DNA of 55,549 nucleotides, the filler included, from Porpidia crustulata (Eukaryota), in the NCBI GenBank assembly GCA_964255105.1. It is 5 parts of 5 records of this genome, joined end to end, with 100 filler letters (N's around TTAATTAATTAA, not from the genome) between each part and the next. Parts side by side here need not be neighbours in the genome. Positions count along the whole stretch, not along the records: positions 33,414 to 44,433 come from CAXUWE010000708.1; positions 44,534 to 55,549 come from CAXUWE010000709.1; 3 more parts are not named here. The stretch is one strand, 5' to 3'. Every line of letters starts with the position of its first letter. The stretch's first letter is position 1. A program made the position numbers and the translations under genes. This document shows positions 38,485 through 49,391 of the stretch, one piece after another. The notes under the pieces were generated by a model. It was given only the letters and a program-made list of their open reading frames with translations. It searched no databases and was not told the origin of the DNA.

Positions 38485-39282
38485 ATGACAACCTCCGAGG
38501 CCAAACGCCAGCATACCTCACCATCTGGGGAGCCTTACGAACTCTATTACTGGCCCGGCATCCCAGGTCGCGGTGAGCACATACGTCTCGCCTTCGAGGA
38601 GGCCGGCATCGCCTACAAAGATGCCACCAATGAGACTGAAGACGGCTTCAAAATGATTGCGGAAAAGATCTCCGACAAGAACCTCGGGGAAGGCTCGAAT
38701 CCCCCGCCGTTTGCTCCGCCCATTCTCCGCCACGGCGATCTCATGATCAGTCAAACCCCTAACATTCTCTTCTATCTGGGTCCTCAGCTTGGCCTGGTGC
38801 CTTCGCGAGAGAAAGATCCGAACGGGGTTTTCCACGTCAATTCGTTGACGTTGACGGCCTTGGATGGTTTGTCGAACGAGGCTCACGATACGCATCATCC
38901 GGTTTCTGTAGGTGCGTACTACGAAGAGCAGAAAGATGAAGCGAAGCGTAAAGCGATAGATTACATTGAGAACCGGCTGCCAAAGTTCTTGGGATATTTC
39001 GAGCGCGTGCTCGGTAGTGAGGCCAGCAAAGGCGGAGAGTGGCTGTACGGTGGTCAATTGACATATGCGGATTTGGTGTTGTTCCAGACCATTGATGGTG
39101 TGCAATTTGCGTTTCCAAAAGCCATGAGCAAGTTGCAGAAGTCAAGGCAGTACGACGGTGTCTTTGCGCTTGTTGACAGAGTGAGAAATAGGGAAAATAT
39201 TAAAAAGTACCTGGCGAGCGACAAGAGGAAGCCGTACAGTAATGGCATCTACAGATATTACACAGAGTTGGACGTTGAGTGA
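38485..39282 (+). CDS. Glutathione S-transferase
   Basis: YELYYWPGIPGRGEHIRLA, PFAPPIL, ISQTPNIL, EAHDTHHP, LTYADLVLFQ. Confidence 0.9.
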   Translation: MTTSEAKRQHTSPSGEPYELYYWPGIPGRGEHIRLAFEEAGIAYKDATNETEDGFKMIAEKISDKNLGEGSNPPPFAPPILRHGDLMISQTPNILFYLGPQLGLVPSREKDPNGVFHVNSLTLTALDGLSNEAHDTHHPVSVGAYYEEQKDEAKRKAIDYIENRLPKFLGYFERVLGSEASKGGEWLYGGQLTYADLVLFQTIDGVQFAFPKAMSKLQKSRQYDGVFALVDRVRNRENIKKYLASDKRKPYSNGIYRYYTELDVE

Positions 39283-39789
39283 GCGCAAGGATTTACTGTT
39301 AGAGGACTAGGATACAGATTTTCTAATATTCAGTATCTCTGGATGCTCTTTGGGTGAGCTAGTAGAGATGTCAATCCGTTTGAACGGAAAGAGTCATTTC
39401 GCTCCCTTCCTCAAGGTCGTGTCTCTCGATTCAACAACTCGTTTCTTTTATCAATATTTCTAATGTCCGTTTGCATCAATATGTGTATAAACACCTGGCT
39501 AGACAGGTCTTTCTCATAAGACATGGTTCTCCCTGACGGCGCCAGACGTGCCCTATATCCTCTTGCTCCTCAAGCCTTCTTGAATACAGATGCAAACCTC
39601 CGACACAAGCATGTGGAATTGACCAAAGATCTAAGAATCTCGACGTTCAAACAAAAGTCGAGAATCATGTTGGACACTCAAATTAATTAGCAAGCTGTAG
39701 GTCGCATAGGAGACAAACTTTTACTAGTAATGATAATGTACACCCAAAGAATGGGAATTATCTGGACTCATCCAATGATGAGGGGATAG

Positions 39790-40440
39790 TTTAATATCTC
39801 AGTTCTCGGCCTTTGTCTTTCGGTTTAAACAATTTTCTCACGGAGGCGAATTCCGGGAAATGGTCCATGGTCTCAGTTTTATCTATCCGTTCCACGTCCT
39901 TTTTCAACAGGGTTAAAGGCCACCGGCGTTCATACATCCTCGTTTGTTGATAACACGCTATCAATCATCGCCAACGGCTGGAAAGCTGCAATCGCATTAC
40001 AGGCCATGGACGTATTCAGGGTAATTATTATCGGTCAATATTTCCGACCTTGTATGTTCCAACCTCTCATCTATACTCCGATCCATTATTCTCGGTGCCT
40101 CCAGGGGATTCCAGTGGGGTACCAAGAACGAATCTAGTCTGTAATCGCTGAGAATTGATTCAGCCGTGATAGACACATTCCTTGCAATATCTTGCATATT
40201 TCTGCTATCTCCTTTGCATTCCTCTTACTCCTACAACCTATCTGGCTTGCGACGGACTTCGAGCTGGAAATCGGACATTTTTCCCTCGCGAAAGAATAGG
40301 GTATGCCATTTCGGGAGGATCGTGATTAGCTTCCATGATTCGGACTGCGTCATGAAGGTCCGGATCAAGATTTTCTTAGAGTACAATAAGGAGGTGTGCA
40401 ATATCGTCAACTGCGGCTCATGAGCGACCTCATTACTGCT
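39790..40440 (-). pseudogene. Probable decayed ORF of unknown family
   Basis: One frame reads protein-like through isolated TAA/TAG stops (AVDDIAHLLIVL*ENLDPDLHDAVRIMEAN...RL*E*EECKGDSRNMQDIAR...YPEYVHGL*). Family not recognised. Confidence 0.35.
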
Positions 40441-40620
40441 GTCATGCTTTAATTAGCCAAATGGAATGTGCTTTTTCTCTATTATTTTCTAAATCGTCAT
40501 TGGGTTCGAGTACATGGTGTTTATATACAGGTCGGAAAACACCAGCCATAACTACATAGCGGCAAATACACTGCCCTGCCACCGATCGAGGGGAAGCGCA
40601 ATAGACTTCAAAAGTTCTCT

Positions 40621-41198
40621 CTAATTGTCACAATTATCTATACCAGGACAACATTCGGACGAGATGGTAATGTTCTTGTCATATGGCGAATGGACCTTCC
40701 ATATCAGATCAAACCTTTGCAATCAATATTAGCAACATTTTGCCTACTTCACAGGCACAAGACTTACGAGGCGTTGGGATACGTCGGTGCATTCAACTCG
40801 CCCAAAGCCACCAGAATATTGGTCAAATGCTTATGCTCCCAGCATATCAGAATATTTCCATGGCCCGTGTAGTTGGCCACCACATCCGCAACGCAGGCAC
40901 TATCGTCTCGCCGGCAAGATGTATCGACCGTCATGTTTAGGCTTTCCGCGAGTGGCAACACGGTGTCGTATGAATGCTGTTGTTTTCCGCTTCTCTTGGG
41001 TTTCTGTGCCATGATATGACCGATTTCGTAATGTGACGTGGCGTTGAAAAGATCGACAAGACACTCGGACCGTTCTACACCGTGAAAATCCAGGCCATGG
41101 CCAGACGTTGGGTTTTCGCCATGGCGAATGAGGTAAACGGTGGGTTTGGCAGTGACGAGAGTCAAGAAGCACAGGAGGAGGTACGAGAGAAAGACCAT
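40621..41198 (-). CDS. Secreted phosphoglycerate-mutase/histidine-phosphatase family protein
   Basis: Signal peptide; VYLIRHGE, YDTVLPLA, VDTSCRRDD, NILICWEH; intron, then FDLIW...SECCPGIDNCDN*. Confidence 0.85.
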
Positions 41199-42851
41199 AT
41201 TAATTTCACAGCTACTGCCAAAGTCAAGGTATGTAATCACAAGGTGGAAGTGGTTGAGCAACATGCCGGTAGGGTAGGGAATCTACGATTTATATACCGT
41301 TCTAATGTTCTCGAGAAACGCAAAGTGCGCATCACATGCCTGCCTTACTCGGAACATCGTTCATGTAGAATTGGATGATTGACGTCCAGGAAGCTGCGTG
41401 GCTGCTATCATGGTTTTCATTACCAAAACTGCTCAGTGTGTGCAAATAACCGAGCCTCCCGATTGGTTCTGTGCGTGTTTGAGCCTGATCAGGATTGATA
41501 CCCGTGTTCTTGCGATAAACGAAGGAGGGAATCCGATTTGACGTTCCACTTACGCACACACACGAATGATGCGACCTTCATAGTTCCTGGTACGGCTACG
41601 TCCGGAGTGGAACATCGATCTTGAAGTACGCTTAGCATTCCGACCCCCGCGTGAGCCTTTGAGGTTATAATCAAACTAGGTTCGATTCCTACTGGCGCTG
41701 GTACAATGGTGTAGTGGTTTGCTTTTCTCCCCGAATAATTATATCGCTGGACAGTGGAGTTCAGGCGACAGACATGGTATCCTGCCCCATCGGCACGGCA
41801 AAATATGATGCGGATCATGATCAATTTAGGGCTGGAAAATTGATAGTCATACCGGTATTAACAAGGCCTCAGACCATCAAACTTTTCTTTAGAGTAGGCC
41901 TGTTCTTGCATGGCACGCATGGGTTTTAAGATCGGACGGGACGATTACCGGCGGGTGATCGACGTAGCCGTGCAGGTCCCTCTATCGTCTTTCAGCACGG
42001 AGTTCCTCCCCATCAGTTCAGTGGCAGATAAGCATTCTGATGCCTATTCTGCGCCCTTGCGGTTTTTCCTCTGGTCTCTAAATGGCTGTGCGCCAACAAA
42101 CTTTGCCCGATCGGGTTTAACTTGGACGATTGCCCATTTCCGCCTCTGCCATCAGTCTCTCGTCCGTCCGCCGAGCGGGACAAACCTCCAAAGTTTTGTT
42201 TTGAGTCTTTCAAACTCCTTCAAAACAATGTGGCTTCGAGATGGTGAAACAGAATAGTACACATTGTAGCCGCAGCTGCAATGGGCTTTCCTCGAGAACC
42301 CAAGAAGTAAGGCCCCGCAAGGTTCCCTGCCACCATGGTCTACGGGATGGAAAAGTTTCCGAAATATCTCCGACAATCCCTCGGTCGTTTGGCCTATTTT
42401 TTTCTTGCCTGTTCCGCTGGTCGATGATGAATGGCTCACACAGTCGGTCGTGGCAGCCACCTGTGGAGATCATCCAACGATGGAGGTAGCCGGGCATTCG
42501 TCTTGTCCAAAGTCTTTATAATATATCAAATATACCCTCCACAGAGGTTTCGACCTTGAGGCTGTGCCGTTTTCTCTGATCTCACATTTAGCATCTCAGG
42601 CCATAAAGTACGCTGTACGCATCTGACGAATTACGTCTATTGTAATCTCGTGGAAACTTTGGGTCGCCCTTTGTACAGATAGCACTTTTCAAAAGAATGC
42701 ACTGTTTTATTGATCAAGCTTCACTCTTGCCTCCATCTGCGGTGTATATACAAGTCTCTGACATTTCTGTTACATTACTATATTCGTTTGCTATCCACTA
42801 CAGTTTCTCCCATCTTCGCGGCTACAGACACACTTTCATAGTAGCACTCCG

Positions 42852-44226
42852 GTGGTGAAGTTCTCTCGGTCTCTCATCTTCGCCTTCGCGATAACATACG
42901 TACTGGCAGTGTTTCTGAATGCTCGTTAAGAATCATCTGATTGACAAACTATCATCTGCACTGCTTCAGAGATCATCAATGCATTCATCAATCAAAAAAA
43001 AGGCTGAAATGTGGTGGATATCGATGATGCACGAACGACTGTCGCAAAGCCATGAAAGTCAAAGATCGGCGACGAATTAACACTTACGTAGCAGATTATT
43101 TATTTCTTCCATGATCCGGATCACATGTTCTGTAGCAACGATGTCGCAAGGGTTGGATGCGGGTCGTACAGTGTTTGCAACAATGTGAAGGCGTCGGCGG
43201 GCATATTTATTCTGAATTCTTTCGTTGCTGTAGCAGTGTGAGTATTGTTGACCACTCAAGTACTGTGACAGATGTTAATATATGCTCTTCTAGCTATAAC
43301 GCAATGAGCAAGGCGAAATTCTCCGTCACCACAAAATTAGGCACATTCGCTTCCGCTTTTACTCCAATCGATGACACGGCTGCTGGTCTCAAATTGGCCC
43401 GGGACCTTGTCGGTCTCGGCTTCACTCTGGCTGCAGCCCCAATCTGGAATTCTGGTGAGTCCTCCCTCCCTTCCCAACCTCGTCCTGCAAACCTCGTGCT
43501 AAACTTACAAAGTTCTCAAGAGTACACCCTTTTTCGCCAGCAACGATAACACCCTTGGTACCCTCAAAGACGAAGTCAACTCCATGGTTTCCAACGGCAT
43601 CACCATCGCCAAAGCCACCAGCATCCCCTCCAAAGTCCTCACCGCCCAGAACGACCTCAACAGCGACCTCGACATTCTCGTCAAGACGTGGACCCAAACC
43701 TTCGACGCACGGAACTCGCAACTTTTCGACGGTTTCGATTCTTCCACCAAGATGCTGTACGACATCATCAGCAAGGGATAAGTGCTCGCGGCCGGATTCC
43801 AAGAGGGTGCGCGATTCGTGCAGCAAAGCATCGAAAAGAACCATTCACGGCTACTTGATCCCGCAAACTTGGCCGAAGAGCAACCTCGACTTGCATCCCG
43901 TTGTCCTGTAAGTCCCTTCTCAGCTCAAAGATTTCCAAAATGTCAACATCCCCTAACATCCTGTAGCGACGTCAAATCCCCCTTTGCGGCACCCAGGACC
44001 CGTTATCCCAATGGGTCAGTGACTCCGACGCCACCAGCGCTTACGTCTGCTACAATGGCAACATGCACTATCTTATGGCGGTCTCGGGCGTCAGCTCCGA
44101 CTGCACCGGCGGCGGCGATAGTGCTGCCACCTGCACGCAGAAGAGCTTCCTGACCCTGCCAGGCGTGAACCAACTCAACGACCGCAACTGGGGCGGAGTT
44201 TTACGGGATGATTTCATCACCGGGTG
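42852..44226 (+). pseudogene. Disrupted gene for a secreted Cys-containing fungal protein (3' end lost at contig end)
   Basis: Signal-like KFSRSLIFAFAITYVLAV followed by several TAA/TGA stops; FFHDPDHMFC...GC...C...AGIFILNSF; in-frame TAA at 43779-43781; frameshift near 43838 before TIHGYLIPQTW; GT-AG introns still visible. Confidence 0.65.
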
Positions 44227-44433
44227 AGCTTTCCTCCCTCCCCCACATTTCCTTTCCACGAAAGATATTTTCTGCAACCCTTATTTATGATGATCATCAT
44301 CATCTGCTTTGTTTCAAATCTTGGTTTTCCAATTTCCATTTTTTAATCGATGGAAGGAGGGAGGGAAGGTTGGTTGAATTTGATTGGTTGTAGGTTGGGG
44401 GGTTTTTTGGTTTTGGTTTTGATGGTTTTGGGA

Positions 44434-44533
44434 NNNNNNNNNNNNNNNNNNNNNNNNNNNNNNNNNNNNNNNNNNNNTTAATTAATTAANNNNNNNNNNN
44501 NNNNNNNNNNNNNNNNNNNNNNNNNNNNNNNNN
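44434..44533. other. Synthetic contig linker
   Basis: N44-TTAATTAATTAA-N44. Confidence 0.98.
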
Positions 44534-45685
44534 TTCATATTGTCACTTTCAAAGCTTGCCGCGCCGAGGTTTTTTATGTTCAGGAAGGCACGGGCCTGCA
44601 AGTCAAAACGGGGGATTTGGTCATCGTCGAAGCGGACCGAGGTACAGACTTAGGGACTGTCGTCCAAGAAAATGTACCTTGGAACACGGCAAAGGAGATG
44701 AAAGAACATTATATTGAGGAACATTATCGATGGCTCATGATGTTCTCTCGCCATGGTCAAAATGGGATGACTTCGGGAACCAATCCGAATGGCCTGGGGA
44801 ACCCCTCGAACAATGCTCAGACAAGTGCCGTTGGGGGTATGGGTGGTCCGAATGGCCAGTCTAGCATTCAAGACGTACCGAACCAGGAGCTAAAGCCAAA
44901 GATGATCAAGCGGCTTGCACAAGCTCACGAGATTCAGACTTTGAAGGAAAAGGAAGGGAATGAAGCTAAGGCAAAACGTGTATGCCAACAGAAGGTTGTT
45001 GAGCATCGATTGAACATGGAAATTCTTGATGCCGAGTTCCAAATGTAAGCGACGAAAGATTTCCACCTGCAATCTTGTGCTGATACGTTTTAGGGACTGG
45101 AAGAAACTGACATTCTACTACTTCGCGGACTCGTACATCAATTTTAACCCCTTAGTCACGGATTTATTCAAGATCTACAAGACACGCATATGGATGTCTG
45201 CAATTAATCCTGCGTCCTTCATAACACCGTCCACGGGTCTACAACTCCCCTGCGGCATAGGAACCGACGCCTTCAGCCAAGGTTCCGAAGTTTACAACGA
45301 TCACCGCCCGCATAAACATAATCCAGGTATCTCGGTCGCTGGTCCGTCTCAAGCGAGTCTAGGAGGATTTGACCGTATGTGGGACCCCCATCGAGACACT
45401 ACTGCCGCTCTTAGCGTCCCATTCCCTCATATATACGCACCACCACTTCAACAGCACGACCTCGATAATCACCAATTAGATCGTTTCTCGATTGATTACC
45501 ATCATGGCGGACAGCAAGCGATCCCTGTTCAGCCGCACTACAACCCTACTAGTCACAACGCTCCAGACCTCAACAATCCTTCATATACAATCTCATCCGT
45601 TGATAACGGCGCAGGAACTCGAAAGCCGTACGCGCTGGGCAGCGACTGGAGCCATGCGTTTCAAGGCTTGTCGCTTGGATCGTAA
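44534..45685 (+). CDS. PSP1 C-terminal-domain protein (5' truncated)
   Basis: VTFKACRAEVFY, GDLVIVEADRGTDLG, MEILDAEFQM|DWKKLTFYY, LVTDLFKIYKTRIWMSA. Confidence 0.88.
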
Positions 45686-46426
45686 ATCGAGATTCCGAAC
45701 AGAGAGTCGTCAAACGTGAAGGCCCTTCGCTACAAGTCCTTGGGTTATCCGACGATATGAAACGACAAGGCCCCTCACCATTGGCCTGCAATTATATTTC
45801 TAGTCTCTCGAGTTATTGGTATTTGAATGCTTAATAGCACTCATACCTTGCGAGTCATGCTTTATATGAGCTTTTCTATGGACGGGGAAACCGAGGAATT
45901 TCGACCAAGATGGAAGCGTGAGACATTCGATTATAGTCGAACCTAGGGGTACGAGCTACATGGCGGTTACCTGGTATGCACTTAGACGGCCGCGGTCCAG
46001 CTCGATGACGACTTTACGATCACATGAGCCCGGGGAGCTACATTCGCCTGTAAATTTGTCTTGCTCTTTGGAACGGCTCTTGTGCACATGGAAAGAGCGT
46101 GGTTGCTCTGAGGGCGTTGGAAATCTATCCAATTGTACCAAAATTATCATGAATCTAGATATGTATCTACGTGTTTTCATTCGCTCCTAGGTAACTTGCC
46201 ATTTGGCTGGTAAAAAATATGTGTTTCTCTCCCTTTCAGAATACCGATTTTGTTATAGGGTCATCACATTGAGAGTCTACAATGGTTTATAATGTGACTA
46301 CCGATAGGCGTGATGATGATCTTGATTGTTGCGCATGTAAAATAAAATTTCTCATCGGCCTGGTACCTTTAGAGCCTCGGATCCTAGTCGAGCCTTCCTC
46401 CAACAATCGACAGAGTTCTGTAATAA

Positions 46427-47416
46427 ATGGCGAAGCACGGTAAGCGACGAACTGGTGTGTTTTCCAAGTGTGTCGCTCGTCAAGCCAGAGATAAAGTCTT
46501 ATTTTATGTCGCACAGTCGAAGACCAAGCAGATTCAACAGGCAATAAAAGGTACAAAATTTTCATCCCTCGCTACGACGCTCTATCCGAAGCTGGACATG
46601 ACTCTGTGGAAAATCCAGGCCAACTGGAGAGCGAGTACGTCTTCAGTCTAGGGGTCTTGACTTGCGCATGTTCACAGTACACTTTGCTTAGGCATTTCTT
46701 GGCTATGACCAAGGCTACTCAGTTACAAGCCGAGAAACAGAGCTCCAGTTTTTTGGCAAACTTTCAAGCTTCTACAGAGAACTGTGAGGGAGCACTTGGC
46801 AATTTGGTCGATGAGAAGTCCCGAGACCTGTAAGCTCGAATTTGGTCTTCATTGCAGCTCGGCTCGACTGATGCAACGCAGGCAGGAAGGCCAGTCCCGA
46901 CTGGCAAGTACGTTCTCGTCAGAACTCTACGACATGCTTGCAAGTAAAGAGAAGAGAAAAACGAAGATGCTGTATCATGCTTCGGATCTCACACAACTAT
47001 TACCTCCTGGATATGACTTGGCTAAAGGTCTTATCAAGTCCTCGAAGATCGTTATCAAGGAGTATGATATGACACGTGAAGCCCCAAGACCTAGTGCAGA
47101 ACTTCCAGCTGAAAAGAAAGCGGAGAATAACGAATGTTGGAGGTTGACAAGCGTACTGGATAATCGCAGGAAAGCTGTAAAGCACTGGGTTATTGACTGC
47201 CTATATGAGAATTCTGATTCCGGCAAAGCTACCTGCGAAGGGGCGATGTTCCAGGACAGGGAAACGGACGTGTGGAACGAGTTTGCTGGGAGTAGAGATG
47301 GTATGGAAGGCTGTAGTGATCCATTTACAGTAAAAGATGACAACTGGGCCAAAGCTGCAGAGCATGCGGAACGGGCCATAAGACGCGTTTTGAAGTACCT
47401 TCCGGAAGAAACGTGA
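46427..47416 (+). CDS. Hypothetical protein (probably 4 exons)
   Basis: Long terminal ORF plus plausible GT-AG introns joining upstream segments; no recognised domain; exon model tentative. Confidence 0.5.
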
Positions 47417-47605
47417 GCCAATAGGCACTTGTTGCAGAACGAAACGGCGGCTGACAGTGCTATGTATCAATAATATCTGTGCTCAGTGTAATATCTAGTC
47501 AAGTGCTTCCCAGTCAAAATGCAATGTAGCCAGGGCCAATTTGTGTGCTTTTAACTCAATACGCGTTATCAAGATAGTTTCGTTACTCGTATTTATCCAG
47601 CGCGC

Positions 47606-47635
47606 TAACCCTAAGATCTCCATAACCCTAACCCT
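47606..47635. promoter_or_regulatory. Telomere-like TAACCC repeats (Tbf1/HomolE-like sites) upstream of RPL15
   Basis: TAACCCTAA...TAACCCTAACCCT about 250 bp before the ATG. Confidence 0.5.
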
Positions 47636-47876
47636 CAGGCTGGTACTGGCTCCCTCGGCTCGTTGCTGGGCTGCGGTAGATACGCCTAGCTCTCGCTTAT
47701 GCCCGGCGCTACACGAGGCTATCCATAACGATTCTCACTTTCCCTCGAATGCTCAAACTCATCACAGGTATATCAACGCTGCCAAGGTTCGTACTCCCTG
47801 CGATGACAGCGGCTCTCACTTACCTTACGATTAACTGTGTCTGCAATCGCGCTAATTGTCTGCGTGCTACAAATAG

Positions 47877-48798
47877 ATGGGTGCCCTCAAATACGTCGAA
47901 GAGCTTCAAAAGAAGAAGCAGTCTGATGTGCTGCGCTTCCTTTTGCGCGTCAGATGCTGGGAGGTAGGAACATCTTCCCGAGTTGAATATTCTCGACCCT
48001 GCGCTCGGCACACTTTCGCCCCAGAGCGAGCAGAAGGAACAATTGTGGCAAATCCGTGTCTTGCTATACACTCGTTGAACTATGCTGAGAGTGCATCAAT
48101 ATAGCTTCGTCAGTTGAATGTCATCCACCGAGCCTCTCGCCCATCCCGCCCGGATAAAGCTCGTCGTCTCGGCTACAAGGCAAAACAAGGTTATGTCATC
48201 TACCGTGTACGTGTACGTAGAGGGGGCAGGAAGCGACCTGTGCCAAAGGGTGCTACCTACGGTCAGTTGTGCCCATGTGGTGTCGAAGCTTCGTGGCTAA
48301 TCGGTGCTCCTCAAAGGCAAACCAACCAATCAGGGTATTAATCAGCTAAAGTATCAGCGCTCGCTCAAATCTACTGCCGAGGAGCGTGTCGGTCGCCGAT
48401 GTGCGAATCTGAGAATACTGAACTCGTATTGGATTAACCAGGATTCTACCTATAAATACTTTGAAGTAATCTTAGTCGATCCTCAGCACAAAGCCATTCG
48501 TCGCGATCCTCGCATAAATTGGATTGTCAAACCCGTACACAAAGTGCGCTGAAATGCTCCCTTCTGAGACTCACCACCATTTACTGACAGGGACATAGCA
48601 CCGTGAATCCCGAGGCCTCACTGCTACCGGCAAAAAATCTCGTGGTCTTGGTAAGGGCCATAAGTTCAACAAGACTACTGCAGGCAGGAGGAAGACATGG
48701 AAGCGTCACAATGTGAGCTGACCCATACTCACAAGGCATCGAAGTAAGAATACTAATAACGTGAAACACAGACTGAAAGTTACTGGCGTTATCGTTGA
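47877..48798 (+). CDS. RPL15: 60S ribosomal protein L15 (eL15), 5 coding exons
   Basis: [58 protein letters not shown]...|[16 protein letters not shown]...|TESYWRYR*. Confidence 0.97.
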
Positions 48799-49391
48799 TT
48801 GGATCACGAGAATTAAACTCTGTCTGGTCGAGTTTGATGGCATCAATTGAAGCGTTCCTAGAATCCAGCAACGTTGCCATAAATTTCTGTAGATACTATC
48901 TTCATAGCTGTTGATAGAAGATATTGAAAAATTCACAAGCCCTACTATGATTTACTTCGTTTAGTGATATTCTCTCTTTTGGGTATGGATTGACGACGAT
49001 CACGCCATGATTGTCCGTTGAGTTAGTCGTTCAGACCTATTAGACTCCGCAGGAATTGTAGATTGTGATAATCATGTGTGTCATGAAGCCGTTCGTGGTG
49101 TCGGCATTGATAGTAAAAATCTAATGTGATAATCCTATAAACCCGGTCCGAACCTTCCCAAATCCAAATAGAAATCCTTGCAAACAACGATGTCGCTTGA
49201 CATGTTCGGAGGCACAGTCCACTTAAAGACACGGGACTCCGTTTCGTCGAGGAGTAGATACCGCAACGGGTGCTTATGCGATACGGGCCAACCTGTAAGG
49301 TCATTCATGAGGAGCGTTATGCGCCCTGAGGAAGCGGGGCTCTGAGCCAACTATCGTATGGCATTTGTGAACCTGTTCAACTCTTGAATCG

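Noticed and set aside
36009..41198. Amidase, GST and phosphatase-like genes as a biosynthetic gene cluster
   Set aside because: No backbone synthase, transporter or regulator on the contig, and no coherent pathway
44355..44433. G/T-rich tract at the end of contig 4 as a telomere
   Set aside because: Irregular GGTTTT-like low-complexity sequence without tandem TTAGGG units
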